64,000 nt of DNA from Kudoa neothunni (taxonomy: Eukaryota; Animalia; Cnidaria), in contig OZ199839.1 in the NCBI GenBank assembly GCA_964304625.1, forward strand, positions 7,522,966-7,586,965, read 5' to 3'. Every line of letters begins with the position of its first letter. The first letter of the stretch is position 1. The notes beneath the pieces are model-generated. The model worked only from the letters and a program-made list of their open reading frames with translations. It made no database searches and was not told the origin of the DNA. The position numbers and the translations under genes were made by a program. Below, piece by piece: positions 13,861 through 29,615 of this stretch.

Positions 13861-14791
13861 TGGAGTTGGAGGCTAGCAACCAAAGACAAATATGGATTCG
13901 CGTTAAGACACGAGGCATTACGATCCATCTGAGTGAGAGTGTTGGACCAGTTGATAACTGTATAATTGTCGAATTGACATTTCCAATATAAATAGAAAAT
14001 AATAACTATTTACTATAATTGAAGCTCTATTACATATTATTATACAATAGATCAAATATATTAGGGTCAAGGTAGTCGGACACCATGAGGTGCTTAAAAT
14101 TACCATTTCCACACATTGCTCACGTGATTTACATTACCATATTTCTAATTATTGGAATATCTTGAGTGAATAATCTGATCGGATAATTATGTCGGAATTT
14201 AAATTTAATGTTGACCCGAAAAAAAAACGGACTCGCATGTAATCTTCATCGTGTCTCAACAGACATTATTAGCTTTTTATTTTTCGTACACTAGTGTTGT
14301 TAATCGTAAATAGTTATTAATCTGTTGTTTTCTATGACTGATTATAAAAAATAATAAATGTCGAAATAAAATTTGTTCACATTAAAACAACAGGTGGGTA
14401 AACTATTTTTCGTAATTTAAGAAATCCTAATGTAAATCCTGCTATGTAATAATTCATGTTTCCGGAACAATCAAGATTTAATCTATTATTTTTCATGTAA
14501 ATAAAATTTCTTTGTTTTAGACAGGTTTTAAATTTCACAGATATCATGAATAACCAACCGTCCTACAATCTTACGTGACTAATCTAATATCACTTTGCGC
14601 CTACGAACATATTAGCCACCTTTATTTGATTCCACGAATTTACACATATAAGATATAAATATTATTTTAAAATCAAAGAATATCAAGTATGGTAAATTAA
14701 AATTTTGGAATTACACTAAAATAAAAAACTTCATTAATTATTCTTTCTAGCTTTTTGTTCATCTTATTCTAACGCCTCTTTATGTGTTTAA

Positions 14792-17481
14792 CCCTCGAAT
14801 ACCTGAAAAAAAGTTACACTTATGTCTGAAGAGGACCAGAGGATCACTATGGTCCTATGCAATTTAATCATAGCATAATTATATTTGAAACTATTTAACT
14901 ATAAAGATAAATAAAACAATCAAATAGCTTAGTTTTAAGTTAAGTTAAGTTAAGCTAAGCTAAGTTAAGTTAAAAAAGGAATAAAACATTAAAACAAAAA
15001 TTTTTAGGCGCGAAAATTAAAAAAATAAATAATTTGCAAATATAAACTTATATTAAATCGATATTGTAAAAATGAAACAAAATAACGTTCGTTCATATAA
15101 TTTCTATGTTTAATATAAATTTATTATTTTCAAAATTGTTATTTTATGATTGTAATTGGCGGTTTAATTCAGATGGCGTATTGATTTATTGGAAAAAACC
15201 CATTATAATAAACATATAAATATAAATCAATAAATGTTTCTATTTGTGACTAAAAACGATGATTTAACGTAAAAAATAAAAAATAATTCAATCTTTTACA
15301 ATACGAAACTGAAATACATGTTCAAACTGTATATGCCATCTCATTATAATGACATTATTTCTAATCGTATTGTCTAAAATCTAAATAGGTAAATTATACA
15401 AATATGATTTATTTTGCAGATATAATAAAATTTTAATAAAAAATTTTAAGTGCGGTGAAAAATATGGTGAAATAAAATTGACAAATAATACAATATATTT
15501 TATTTTTTGTAACACACATCGCACTCTATATTCCAATTCTGTGAGTTTCGCAGAAAAATTTGTCGCAACTTGAACAAATTCTCCTGCTTTTTTGTTTATT
15601 GAGCACATATGGCATGTACCTCTTTCAGATGGACGTTCTTCCTTTTTATTGGGATGGTTTTAAAATTGATATCATCGTTTCCAAACAATTCTTCCGCTAA
15701 TATTTTTGAAAACTCTCTTCGGGATTGGTTTTTATGAGTATTTTTGAATTGCTGGTTTCGATAAACTTACGAAAGCTATGCATTATAGGCGACTATACCG
15801 ACAATGTTAAAGAAAATCGCTAACGGCGAATGACTTTTTCTGTGGAATAGCAGCGGAAATTCGGTAAAGCGTAACCACCCCTCCTTTAGTTTGCATGTAA
15901 TAATTTATGATGACTGGTTTTTGAGAGTCAGGATCAACATTACAACCTCGATGTGTGGAATTTAAAAGTAACATGGATCTATTTTTCTTGGGATTGTATT
16001 TTACAAAGGTAAATTTACCCTGAAATAAAAATTTCTCATCGTATGGTATTCCCTTTCGTGATTGAAATTCAGCTGTGAGAAATTTTTTATTTTTACGGAT
16101 AGTCCGCATAATTGTTGTTTTCTGTGACAATGTGGTAAAAAAATTGTCCGTGGTAATGTTACGACCGTTTTTTAAATTAGCTGTAATTAGATTGTTTACC
16201 ACATTTTCACATTGGTTGGTTTCAACAACGCCGTTCTCCCTGCTAATATATATCTTTGCATTATATAAATATTTGTTTGTTGCATCACACAATATCACAC
16301 AGTGCCCATATTTTTATCCCATACTTGCCAGACTTAGAAGGAACGAACATTTAGAAGGGCAGCGACCTCTAAATGTGACAAGCTGTTCATTTACAGTCAA
16401 TTGGGAAGATGGGTTGTAACTTTGTTTACACGTCTTTATAAACTCATCAAATATATATCTGTTGGAGAAAAGTTTATCCTCTCTATCCCTGGTTCTTCTA
16501 TTGTCGAATCTGAGACAAGTTGCACAATCTACAAAGCGATTTCTTGTTCTTTTTGCAATTAGTGACTGAAGGCTATATTTTTCAGCCCAAAATTCTCGGA
16601 TGTTTTCATTTTTGCTTTTCTTACGTCAATTAATAAGATGGTTCCAACAAAAATTTCAACTCGGCCATAATTATCTTTTTGACATCGGGTTTTTTCTCGC
16701 TCAATAAATTTGTTGGTACAATACTGGATCTCTTCTAACATTTTATTGGTCAACAAATTATTAAAAGCCCTCATAGGAGTTTGGCAATTCTGAAAAGCTT
16801 TTTTTGTAAATGCCGCTTTTACATTATAAATATTGTCCGCTGTACGCCTCCGTTCAACTCTATTTGGAGGTTTATGCTATTTTTATCCATCTTTGGAGAC
16901 AACAAAAGGACATGGGTCATATCTTCAATGCTCTTATCGCTATCATAATCATCATCGTCGTCGTCGTCATTGCTGGCTGGCTGGCTGGCTGGCTCATTAA
17001 TTATTTCACCCACCCAAATCCTCCGAACCACTTTCGATATGTAGTGTGTCGTTAGAATTTTCATAATCGTTTTAAAAAAAATATGTTCTTTGCCAGAATT
17101 CATTTTTAAAACAAATTTAATGTTGAGCTCGCAAGCTTGTCATAAAACAAATTCAATTAACATTTTCTGTTAAACATATAATTAGTCGTAAATTGTTTAT
17201 GAAATATAATATTCAATTTGGAATAATGTAATTATAGTACAAAATATTAATTTCGTTAACAATTACACGTGGACCGAAATGGTTCATCTCAGGTATTTAC
17301 GTAACTTTTTTTGTTTACTTATTTCTACAACAATTCTCAAAACTTACAGCTCTATTATTTTAAAATGTAATAAAGCATAATTACAGCATAAAATAGGAAT
17401 ATATAAAAAAAGTTTACAAAAATGTATGCAAAAAGATATTAAGAATTTTATCTCTCGTCGTCCACCCCAGGTATTCGAGGG
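14792..17481 (-). mobile_element. Full-length piggyBac element with disrupted transposase
   Basis: Perfect 14-bp TIR CCCTCGAATACCTG; TTAA at 14788-14791 and 17482-17485; transposase fragments (ITTDNFFT, TIRKNK, TKGGV) across ~15540-17103. Confidence 0.92.
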
Positions 17482-19130
17482 TTAATAAGTGACACATACG
17501 TACCAGGTAGATTCCGGTAAAATCTTCAAATTCGTTTTGTAAGTCCTGACCAATACAATATAGTCATAAATTGACGAAAAGTCTTAAAATAAAGGATTTT
17601 TAAATTAAGAAATATTATGTAATTAGAAGACCGACAAACTGATATTGTCGGAGGTTTATTCAATTCAAGGTAATATCTGTATCTCAGGGAATGAATATCT
17701 CTAAAATCATTGCACATAATTTATGCATATTTTGCATATCATCTAATATTTACTTGACCTAATTTTTTGTAAGTTTTCAAAAATTTTGTAGAAGAATAAT
17801 TTTTCAGGAATGAAACCATCCTGATTCCATCAATAACCTAATATCATTATTATATATTGTTATATATTATGTTTCGATAAGTAGACAATTCATAATTTTT
17901 TAACTACAAAATAAGTTTAAGAAAATTCATTACCGGGGTTTATCGTATTATTTTGTATTTCTAAAAATGGAATGTGTGATGACTTGAATAAATGAGGTAG
18001 AAATCATAAAATATAAGCTATCAAAATGGATAAAAGAATTTTATGTGTAATATTAATTTTTAACTTTTATTGATATAATGAATTGTTTTTATACCATTTA
18101 TATCCTTAATTGATGTTAAACGACCTCCTCGTTTCCTTCCAATTTATATCAATTTCGATGAAAGTGTGAGGTCTAAAAAATTAAACAAAAATAATATGTT
18201 AATGTTAACTTTTAGTAAAGGTTATTATATGCTATTTTTAGATTTATAACTACTACTTAATTGTTTCTTATGGGGTTTTAAATCATTGTATGTGCCAAGT
18301 TTGTCTTTTTGATGGATGAGATTCCTATTAAATCAACAGAAGACTCTTAATTTTCAATTTCAGTAATTAAATAAAAATATGTTATTTTATTTTAGTTCTA
18401 CACACATCTTAAACTATATTAAATTTTTAATATTATATTTACCAAAAAATAATCAATGATTTTGAGGAAACGATCGATAAAACGCCATTATGATTTTTAG
18501 TTATTTGTCCGAATATACCAATAGATCTTATAAATTTATTAAAAAGTTCGCCACAAAATTCAGAAGTTGTATTATCCCACACCATCTAAGGGATTTTTTT
18601 ATTTTAAAACGATTTTATCTTTCAACAATGGTACAAACATTTTATTATTTCCTATTATAGGACATTCATTTAAAAACCTCTTGCCATATGACTATTTCCG
18701 CCGCCAAATACACATTTTTTTAGAATAGAATAGTAATATTTGTGATATTCGGAATTTTAATTATTCACATTATATTATGACAACAGAACGGTCTTACAAG
18801 GACATAAACCATAGTCCATATATGTTATATAAGCACCCTAGAACTCATCTTTTACCACTCCAACCACCAGGAATAAAATGAGAAACAAAATACTACTAAA
18901 ATAAAAGTGAATTATTTATATCGACCAATCTAAAAAGGTATAATACTATTTTATCGAAAATTTTGGAAATATATGATAGTTACACTTTATTATTAATGGA
19001 TTCAGGTTGGGTACACTGCTACAATTTTATTCTTCTTCAAGTTTTTGTTAAATGGCATAAAATTAAGTTAAGTAAATATTAGATAATATGTAAGATATGA
19101 ATAAAGTATGTAGAGTAGTTTTTGAGAAAT

Positions 19131-19700
19131 TCATTTCTTGATTTTTTTTTTGTTTACAGGGTCAAACACCTGGTACAACTTGTTAGGTTTTGGAGTTCGA
19201 ACTTGGAATGGCCTTTTCCATTTACGTTGTAGGCATCGCAACATCATTTGAATATTAAGGCGACTTAAGTTTATGCGGTAGTGTGGGATTTCACCCACTA
19301 AACCTCCTCGTTTTGGAGCAAACATAACCTGGATTAACCCAGAATTAGTCTGGGAAAGTCGTCTGAATGCGGGCGTCAGTTCTACATTCAGACGCTCTAC
19401 TGGATATTATTTCATCTCTGTATCTTGGCTTTTATGAGCGCCCTGGTTCTACCCTTCCGCCAGGCTTCCTTCTCAGCTGCAAGCAAGACCACGATGAATC
19501 GTAGATCCTCGCAATTACTACATTCTTCCTACTTAGTTTCGAGTTAGGAGTACAGGAACGCCAGGACTAGATTTCGAATTCGAAAACTCATGGTATGCGA
19601 TCTCGACCTCACACAACTCTGCTATATCGTCCACACTTAATTCATTAATTGCGATATGGTCTGAGCGCGATCCGATTATCAGGTGGCTGAAATATAGCCA
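19131..19700 (-). pseudogene. Possible Gypsy LTR-retrotransposon fragment
   Basis: LQRKWKRPFQV resembles the GPF/Y motif C-terminal to Gypsy integrase; locally GC-richer. Confidence 0.3.
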
Positions 19701-20221
19701 TTCTTAATGTTTATTAATTACACACAGTAACGTTGCAGATGTATTATTTAAAAATATGTACATGATAAATAGAATAAATGATATATTTAATATAATGATA
19801 ATCAATTATACCAAACGACGCTACAGATGCGTCATTTTAGATATTTACTTGTAATATATAAGAGTTATTATATCAAATAAAGTCTTCTAATTCCAAGGAA
19901 CTAACTATTCACCAAATTTGGGCTAAATGTAAGAGACATATTATATCAAAAAATATTACAAAAACGCAAACGTTGGAATATTTTTATATCAAATAACATT
20001 AAAATCATATTTACAGATACTTATTTAAAGTAATCACATAATCTATATACATTTGTGTTTTCCAACTTGGGATACGCACGCTGATTTCAAGAGATCCAAG
20101 ACTAAGTTTTTAAGAGTAAATACTTAGTCTTTCGTAAATTGTTAGTCATAATAAAATCCCACTTCCAAAGCATAATTCTGGAACAATAGTATCATAAATA
20201 TAAATTAACGTGGTTAACATA

Positions 20222-21373
20222 TATTATTTCACGACCATCATGTAATGTTTTCCAATAAAGATAAACGAATGGCGCATATTTATTAAAATGTTAAACTTTC
20301 TTTTAAAAATATCAATGAAAATTTAAAAAAAGCTATGTAACGCTGAAATAGCAGAGGAGGTTTGTTTAACTTTGATTCGTATATATTTTTTATTTCTAAT
20401 TATTAATTTCTTCTTTGTGCAAGGAGGCCGAGAAACAAGATTTTGAATGCTTTACAGAATTCGCACGGTTCGCTTCTGTTATTTCTGCTGGGATTTTTCT
20501 AATATATTGGAGCAGCTCTAAATGTGTTTTGGGTCTCATCCGTTTCATAATAATTTTAAGTTGTCCAAATACCTCCCAAATTGGATTAGGGAATGGAGAA
20601 TAGGGTAGTAACAACAGCAGTTTATAGAGGCTGTTTTCAATCAATGCTTTTACATTTTTGGTTTTGTGGAATGCAACGTTATCCATTATTAAAATGAATT
20701 TTTCTAATGAATTTTTTTCCAAATTTTCGAAAAGATCCGTTAAAAATGAGGAAGAAACAAATTGGTTTACATCACTTGTGTGAATTTTAAATCCCCAAAT
20801 CTTTTATAAAAAAAAACTTTATGCTCGTATCTTAATGAAATAGTTCTAAGGGAATGACTGTCCACTGGCACTAATGCTATCTTATTCAGGGTATAGTGGA
20901 ATTTGTTCAACACCCTGAAGTAGGTTTGTAAAGAAACCCGAATGGAGTATTTCTCGAAGACCTTTTCGATTAATGGTTTAAGGGATAGCGTAAAATTGTC
21001 ATCCACCTCATTAATAATAAATTGTTTTTTATCAGCATTCAGTAATGAATGGCGATCTCCACTTGTTGCTAGTCTTTCTTCTGTTCCCATTTCATTTATC
21101 TTTTTGACAATTCTACTTATCGTAGATTCGTGAATGCCCAGAGACTCAGATATTTGACGGTTGGTCTTCCCATTTTGAGTGGCTTTAGAAATTATATCGA
21201 AATATGAATACTTAGAGTTGTTGGAAAATCTTTTCCCTATCTTTCTTATTTACAATTTCGTATTTTCTTCTGATTTTACTAATAATTTCTAGTTCAACAG
21301 ACATACCTGAATCTTAATTCTTAAAAACCGACTAGCGTGCGAGCCATGTTTGCACATTGGTCGTGAAATATTG
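20222..21373 (-). mobile_element. Tc1/IS630-family transposon, decayed
   Basis: Inverted termini TATTTCACGACCA / TGGTCGTGAAATA flanked by TA; IMDNVAFHK and LLPYSPFPNPIWEVF (20396-20722); HTH-region fragment 20767-21090. Confidence 0.85.
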
Positions 21374-21483
21374 TATACATAGGGTTTGTACTCATGTAGC
21401 TAAGTTGAGGTTTCGTGAATCAAAAACTATATGAAAGGAGTGGACATAAAACTGGTACATTATCGCCCACTTACCAAATGTAT

Positions 21484-21527
<44 letters not shown>

Positions 21528-22036
21528 GTATATGACACATGGTGATACTTAATATATTGAAAACGAAACTAAAAACTCAAGTTTTTTCTAATCAGGGAAG
21601 ATAGGAAGATATTCTATCAAAAGTCTAATAAATTAAACTGTCCATTGGCGAGTAAATTTTAGCGTAAAGTAATAACACAAAATAACTGTCGAGGGATTGG
21701 GAATTAATTAGAAAATAGAAAAATTCAGAAAATTTTTGTTTAATTTGAGATTTGAAACCAATTTAACTTCCACTTCTATTCGTCCCTATCCGTTTATAAT
21801 AATAACAACGTAAACCCTGACCATAACTCTGAAACTACGTCGTATCGAGGCCATACACAATATTATGTGGGCAATATTAACAAATGAGGGTGATTTTCTC
21901 CCTCTTATTTAAAGTCAATAGAAAAAAACAAAAAGGGACTTATAAAAATAATGATCCGTAATTGGGCCTTTCATAGGAAACAGAAAAATCATACGAAATT
22001 AATGTTGGTAGGATTGTCAACTCAAATCACCAGAAT

Positions 22037-23652
22037 TCACATTATGATTTCGCTGGTAAAATAAGAAGTTGTAATCGATTTGTGGGGTAATACTTTACAT
22101 CCTCGAATGTAGATTTCATCGTTGACAGACACATCTTCACCAAGAACAGTGATATCTTCAAGTCTAGCCTATTGAGGAGATTGTTAGTCACACCTAGCAA
22201 CTAACAAAATGGAATCATACCCAACAACCAATAGTGCACTTTGTACCAATAATACTGGTGTTTATGTAGGCATAGGATTTGATTCGTGAACCTCTCATTA
22301 TCACGCAATTAGATAGAAAAGTCCCTACAAGATTATTTATTGTATTGTTGTGCTTCAAATACTATTTACCATCTTCGATAATAGTATCAGGTCCAATAAC
22401 CACATTAGGGCCGATACGACATCCTTTGCCAATAATTGCTGTTGGATGCTTGAATAATTATTATTATCAACTGTAAGCGTAAGTGTGAAAAAAATATACC
22501 ACAATAACATTCCCATTGATGGCAGCGGAAAAAGCAGCTTCATCACACAACAACGACTCATCGTTGATTGACATAAGATGCTCCAAATAAAGTTTCATAC
22601 CTGTGAGATAGTCCTTAGGTTGGCCAATGTCCATCCAAAAACCTAAAAATCAAGTCAAGAAGTCATATTAAAGTGTATTTTTAAATTTTCATATTGAAAA
22701 TCAATTTTAATGTACCTTTTAGATCGAATGCATACAAATGACTCATCTTTACAATTTTTGGAAAGGTATCCTTTTCAATAGACGTGGGCTTGGGCTACAA
22801 ACATGCGATATTGAATGTCGAAATTTGTAACTAAATACTTCTATCAAATCAATAATTGATGGATTCAAAATATAAATTCCAGCGTTGATTTTGTTGGAAA
22901 TAAATTTGGTGGGTTTCTCAACAAAGCTCAACACCTTTGAGGTTTCATCTGTGACAACCACCCCATATTTGGATGGTTCCAATACTTTGGTAACCTTAAT
23001 GTGGAATGATGGAATTTTAATGTGGTAATACGCTAAATTTACGGCTATAGTAGTGGACTTGTTATGCTCTCTGTGAAAATTGAGCATGTCTTCGAGCGGG
23101 AATGTACAAATAACGTCACTATTGAGCACAAATATAGGGTCTTCATCTGTTGTTAGATATTGTTTTGCCAGCGCAAGAGGTCCAGCTGTTAGAACCACAT
23201 AAATAATACACAAACCCATTACAGCATAAAGTTACCAGTTCCTAAGGGTTCTTTTTCTTCCGATAAAATAATTTCAACATTCAACTATCGAGATAATTAG
23301 AATCGAATTCTCACAGTTAATCGAGTGCATAGTTAGATTAATTGATAAGGAATACATTTTGGGCAATTTTTTGAATTTCTGCATCCAACATATTCGACAT
23401 ATAACTAACAGCTAACACTATTCGTTTGACGCCGACCTAAAAGAAAGTGTGTGAGTTGTTGGTGTTTTGCTTTTTAATAATGCCAATCAAACTATCTAAA
23501 TTCTCGAATGCTTCTCTCACCTGAACTAATGCTTCAACTTGATAGAAAAGAATTGGTTTGTTACAAAATTCGATAAGTGGTTTAGGAGTGGTCAATGTTA
23601 GGGGGCGCAATCGTGTTCCATAACCTCCAACCAAAATCAAAGCTTTTAGCAT
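22037..23652 (-). CDS. GMPPB: Mannose-1-phosphate guanyltransferase beta, multi-exon
   Basis: [65 protein letters not shown], hexapeptide repeats, C-terminal VLPHKSI...IIM*. First intron 23437-23520. Confidence 0.95.
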
Positions 23653-26600
23653 TTGCACTTTTTATTTACCCTACGACTTTAACCGAATTTCCTATTAACA
23701 CAGCTTTTCACTGTCGGCCTTATGGTGATTACGTCGTAACCTGCTCAATTTAATCTAAAAACTGCTTGGATTTGATAAAAAATATTCTAATCTCACGTTC
23801 GTGTCGATGAAGCGCCGCGCGCCTTTCTTTCACTACGAATTCAACGTGTTTATCTGAATAAGGGATTTCTCATTCAACTCTTTTATTATTTGTCATAAAT
23901 TAGTTTTTTAACTTTTCGGCGCAATACATATTAATTACAAAACAAGTGGAGAATTAAGAAACTGAATGACAATGTCATGTCGGTGACGTGTCACTCCGAT
24001 AGAAAGAAAATCTCAAGCAAAACACTAATGTTTGGGGTGGAAAGATCTCCGCAAACATAGTTATTCCCTCAAGTAAAATGAGTTTACGCATGAATATCCT
24101 TTGAGTCAACGACTGGTACTCGTCAACAACGCCAGAACTCATGTTTAAGAACATTATTTTGGATCTGTTTGGCGTCTAACAATAATTACAAATGGTAAAG
24201 CTGGTAACATATGTGGCTTACATAATACAAACAGAATATTTTAATATTATCAGGAGAATATTAAAATTTAAATACATTGAATAACTGGTTCACTCACTCC
24301 TCTGGGGAGTAAAAGATTATCGCATTAACATTCAATTCAGTTCGAAATTTACATCCTCAACATAAATTTGAATTAATGAAATATCACTTACATTTCAAAT
24401 AAACTAAAGTTGATTTTTTTTAAAGATATAAAAATTAAGTTCTAAAACAAACCTTTAATAAAATAATGTTGCGTGCGCATGTGACACGAAAAATCGATTT
24501 ATTATGGAAGTAATCGATTGGAAAATTTATTTATTTACTAATTTGTTAAAATAAAAATATTTAAAAAGGGGAATAATATATAAATGTCATTTTCAGAATG
24601 AAGGGGGATTGAAGTGACGCTGTGTAATAGCATTTCTTTATAGCTTGGTCTGCAACAATAACATCATTATTTTATATCACAAATTTTGGAATATAAACAG
24701 ATTTTTAGGGGTTTCATGTCTAAGGCCGCCCACAAGGTGTAATAATTTCGGCTGTAATATAACTAAGGTTGGTAATTTTCGAGGTTTTTTTCCAAATATA
24801 TTTCAAAATCTCGAGAAACCCCCTTCTACATCAATATATCTTGATAAAGTTTCGAAACAGTGAGGAAATCATTTTACACTTTATTCTTTATTACAGAAAT
24901 CAATCTTTGAGGGTCGAATTGAATCTTTTATCATTTACATAACGTGTAGTGTTCGTTATTAACCTCGATCCTCTCTTTATCTACCAAAAAGAAATAAAGA
25001 CAATCAACATTTAATATATCAATAGTAACTGGAGTGTTTGGATCAACATATTTCACCGGTTGAAAAATTTAAAGAGATGGAGAAGTCTCCTTAAAATTTT
25101 CGAGTATTTATCGATTAATTTCTTCATTTATGGCATCACAGAAATTTTCACATTAAAATATCAAATTTTTTCAAGATTCAAGTGGAATAAAGCCAATGAT
25201 ATCTTATGAATTTGGATCAAACTATCTCCCTTAATTACAAAGTCATCCTTTATCGAATCAAAAATCCGTGATTTAAAATGCTCGTTTGTTGTAGTAATTC
25301 TGAGAAATTATACGACACAGTACAAGCATCAATTAAAAAATTAAAAAAAAAGTTAGGCATAATAAGGCTATCAGATTGTATCACCAAAAATTCGTCAAGT
25401 CCTTTGCAATATTTACAGACTGGTGAATCCTCAATGGCTTCAAATTCGTTCCATTCCATCAAGTAATTGGTCAATGAGCTACTTACTATAAAACAAAAAA
25501 TGTTTTTATTATTTCCAGTTATTTAATCATTGTTACATGGTTTGCAAAACTAAAGATAGTAAATTATAGCTATATAATTATCGAAAAAATTAATCCGTAA
25601 AAGATGTCAAATAATTCAATCATGCGGGAATGATAAATAAATAAAATAATGAGGAGTCCAAATTATGTTATTTGTTCTCTAAAAATACCCATTAAATGTT
25701 GTGTTTGTTCATGAGTTAAAGAGTCGTGCATGATTTCATAATTTAATCCACAATTCAGAAAATGGGGTACGTACTATCTTCTTACACGTGACTTTTCTAT
25801 TTTTCGTTTATTTAAAGAAATTATGATTGTAAATTATTTAGAAGTAATATTTTCACTATAATTTAATTTTATCGGTCTGTACTTAATAAAAAACACCTAA
25901 ATACGTACGTGTGATTCATTTCTGTAGGTAGTGCACCACAAATATGAAATAACTTATTTGATGATTGTTCGTTGATGAAGATAGATTAAATAATAAATTT
26001 ATATAGTTATTAGTGTTAGCGAATGCAATAATGCTCATAAAAACAATACTACACAACAGGTCAACTACTATTAGTCACCTGTACTCTAACGATATACGAT
26101 ACATATACACGCCATTACATATAATATAAAGTATGCACTAACAGTTAGGTTTCTTGTGAATTGAATCAATAATAGAATCATACTTTGAATAGAATTAAAT
26201 TTTAATAAAGTCTACTGTGAGATTCTCGATTATACGTGAAATCACTTGCATGATGTTAATATTTAATTGGTACGAAACTTTATTCGTCGTCTTATTATAA
26301 ATCTGTTTATTAATAGATTAATTCTTCAACAAATTTGAAATTTATATATAAATAAATTTTTAATATTATTACAATGACTAGAATTATATATACATAACAC
26401 AATAATTATTAGGAAACTAATAAAAACACCTTAAATTAAGCAATCCCCCTCACCTACAATCACAATTTAGATCGATTTTTAAAAGTGCATACTTAATAGA
26501 TTAACTGATTAAAATATAAATTATGTTTTATATTATTTAAATTCTTTATAAATAATAATTTGGATTAAATATATTCATTTGAATCTAGTCAAATAATGTA

Positions 26601-26786
26601 GTCGGAGTATTATAAATAATACGATTTTGTTTACTCACCGCTTAAAAATCGCAATATATTATGCATAATTGAAAAAATTATAAATTAACCATATTGGTTT
26701 GAAAAATTGAGTACTTGATGTAAAGATATAAGGATTCGATACTACAATTTTAATGAAATAATTTGTAAGAACCAAATACCCTTGGA

Positions 26787-26875
26787 CACAGAATACAGAA
26801 TAAAGAATATAGAACACAGAATAAAAAAAAATAAAAAATATAGAGTATAGAATAAAGAATACAGAATACAGAATA
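26787..26875. repeat. Degenerate 7-bp tandem repeat (ACAGAAT)
   Basis: Repeated ACAGAAT / AAAGAAT / ATAGAAT units. Confidence 0.7.
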
Positions 26876-27169
26876 AGGTGTGGCGATAAACAGCGCCGTT
26901 GGAGTCGAAATTTAATTAGCTTGCTAAATGTAAGCTGCTTATGCTATTGATAAATCCAATTTCCTTGAACATTTTATATACATTTTATTTAGTTTTTGTA
27001 TTTAATATAGGACAAACAACTTTTTTAATAGATAGATAATTTTATAGATACTAGATTTCAACGTTTCTATTTGAGTTTATACTATAAAGTTTTGTACTCG
27101 AAAATAATAGTTTATTAAGCAATAAACAGATTAAAATTAATAATTCGACAATTTTTCGGAAGTTTGTGA

Positions 27170-29021
27170 ATGACAATGTTGTTATTGGTGTCTATATTAT
27201 TATTTCTGAACCCCAATGAAACACTTCTTAAAGTTCAATACACCCCTGTCGTTATTTGGCATGGGCTGGGTACTCATTAAGTTTAGGAGTATATTTTCTT
27301 GTTATGTCTCTTAAGGTGATCACTCTAATTCAGAAGGCATTCAAAATATAATAGATGGAATCAAGGAAAGATTCCCAGGAATTTACGTTAGGAGTTTGCT
27401 GTTTGAAAACTCAATAATTGCGGTAGTTGTTATTTTCCAACCTTTATCTATAGCCTGAATTGAAGGAGACATTTATGGGAATGATGATTTCTGCGGATTT
27501 GCAGGTTAAAACAGCAATTAGCATCATAAAAAAAGATCCCAACCTCAGCGATGGTTACATTGGAATTGGTCTGAGTCAAGGAGGCCTTTTCTTGTATGGT
27601 TGATTGTTTGAATATAAATTTATTATTGGAAGGCGAGCATTAGCTCAAAAAGTTTCGTCACCAAAAATGAAAGTATTGATTACATTCGGGAGTCCTCATC
27701 AAGGTAAATACTACTAGGTTGGTTTATATAGATAAAACTTTAAGTCTTCACGTTATAATTGATTAAAATATAAAATAGAGCTCAAAGAAATAGCTTCCTA
27801 AGTAAAAGTTTAATACGAGATCGGTGGACATACATTACAGCTTATTTCTAAACATTAAGAAAAAACTACGATTAGGATATTTAATAGTTACTCATTCTTA
27901 CGCATATTTACCATTAATTTTAGATGTTTGTTGTTATCGTCTGCTCATTAAATATGATGATTCAAATATTATTAATTGAGATAAAAAATATTGATGTATA
28001 GCACAACATATATTTTCTATTGGATAATTTTTTAAAATTTATATCATATTATAGCGTTCAGTTTTTTTTAAAACAAATTTTAATTAGAATTTATTCTGAA
28101 ATAATATTCTTATATCTAAAGGATATTAATTGTCTTTTGATAATTATTGTGCTTATTTATAAATATTATTTAATAAAAAATAAAGAGATTAGAGTTATGA
28201 CAGATTTTGTTGTTGTTTTTTTGATAGTTTAATATATCTTTTAGAGATTTAATAATAAATTTATAATTTTACACCCAAGAAGTTGAGAAAATATTTAATT
28301 GTTCAAGTGTTGCACATTTAAATATGCACGGGAGTCTATATGCTTAAGTGTTAATTTTTGGTATACAACAATATAGGACATTTTGGAGCGTCGATATTAT
28401 GCGGCTCAAATATGACAAAAATGTGTATTTTTGTTACTGAGATTTTCTCGCACTACTTTTACGAGCCTCTGGCTCAGTTCTTTTTCACTCCTGCCAGTTA
28501 TTGGCGAGATCCCTTCAACTACAAATCCTATGTGGCAAATTGTACATTTTTACCAAAGCTGAATCATGAAATCGTAATGATTATTCGTACAAATGATTTT
28601 ATTATGGTTAAATCAAATTAGGTCGAGATTGAAAGTGAGAAAACCAACTTCAAAAGCCTTGAAAAATTAGTATTGATCAAATTTGGTCACGATCGTACAT
28701 TATCACCCCCTGAATCAGCTTGGTTTGGATATTTCCAACCTAACTCGGTGAATGTGACCAACTTCCGAAACACGGACTTTTACAAAAAGGTATTTATATT
28801 GATAACTCATTTCTCAATATTTTAACTCCCTCTCCTAGAATAAAGTGGGATTTAGAGATATGGTCGATGAGAAAAAAGTCGATTTTATCGAACTTCCTGG
28901 TGTTCACCTCGAATTTGGGGTCGAGTGGTTGGTTCAACTATTAGAAAAATATGTTCCGAATCCAATCACTATGAATAAATATAATAAGCCCTATTATATT
29001 GAACGTATTAATCCTAATTAA
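27170..29021 (+). CDS. PPT1: Palmitoyl-protein thioesterase 1-like, multi-exon
   Basis: Hydrophobic signal peptide, PVVIWHGLGD, IPGIYVRSL, GLSQGGLFLRALAQ (Ser), FGSPHQG, SYWRDP, KFGHDRTL...ESAWFG (Asp), PGVHL (His). Confidence 0.9.
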
Positions 29022-29615
29022 TATTACATATTGTGATTCTGTTCATCATTATTATATTTTTTTCGCTCATTTCATATCTATGATCATAATTTATTAATTT
29101 TTCCACATTATTAAAATTAAATTTATTCATAGAAAAATATTTACTTTGAGAATTGCCTTAAAATTAATTTTTACATCTTAAATGTTTCACGTCGACACGT
29201 GTATATTTATGTACCCAACATTGAGGGTGAGAGGTTTGGTTTTTTCATCAAGTATATGATTGATTTTTCTTGATTCACGGAAAATAAAAATTTAAAAGTC
29301 CAAAATAATTGATATGGATAAAACATTAAAAGTATAGCTTTATTATTTATATATAATTTTATTATTATAAGTCGCATTTAATAAAATGAATTAAACAAAT
29401 TAAAAATTTATAATTTTTTATATTTTGTGTTTCCTTGAATTTAATCAAAATATGAAAGCATAATTTTTATCTTTTTTATGTATGTAACAATGTAATGTTT
29501 GCTTTCCGAACTGTATCCAATTTATTAGCTGATAAATCTACTATTGATATAATTAACCATTCAAAGTTGAAATTTTAACATAAGTATTTGAGAAAGAAAT
29601 TAATATTTTATTTAA

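Noticed and set aside
24600-25500. Possible degraded minus-strand coding region
   Set aside because: Many stops, and no recognisable motif or splice pattern.
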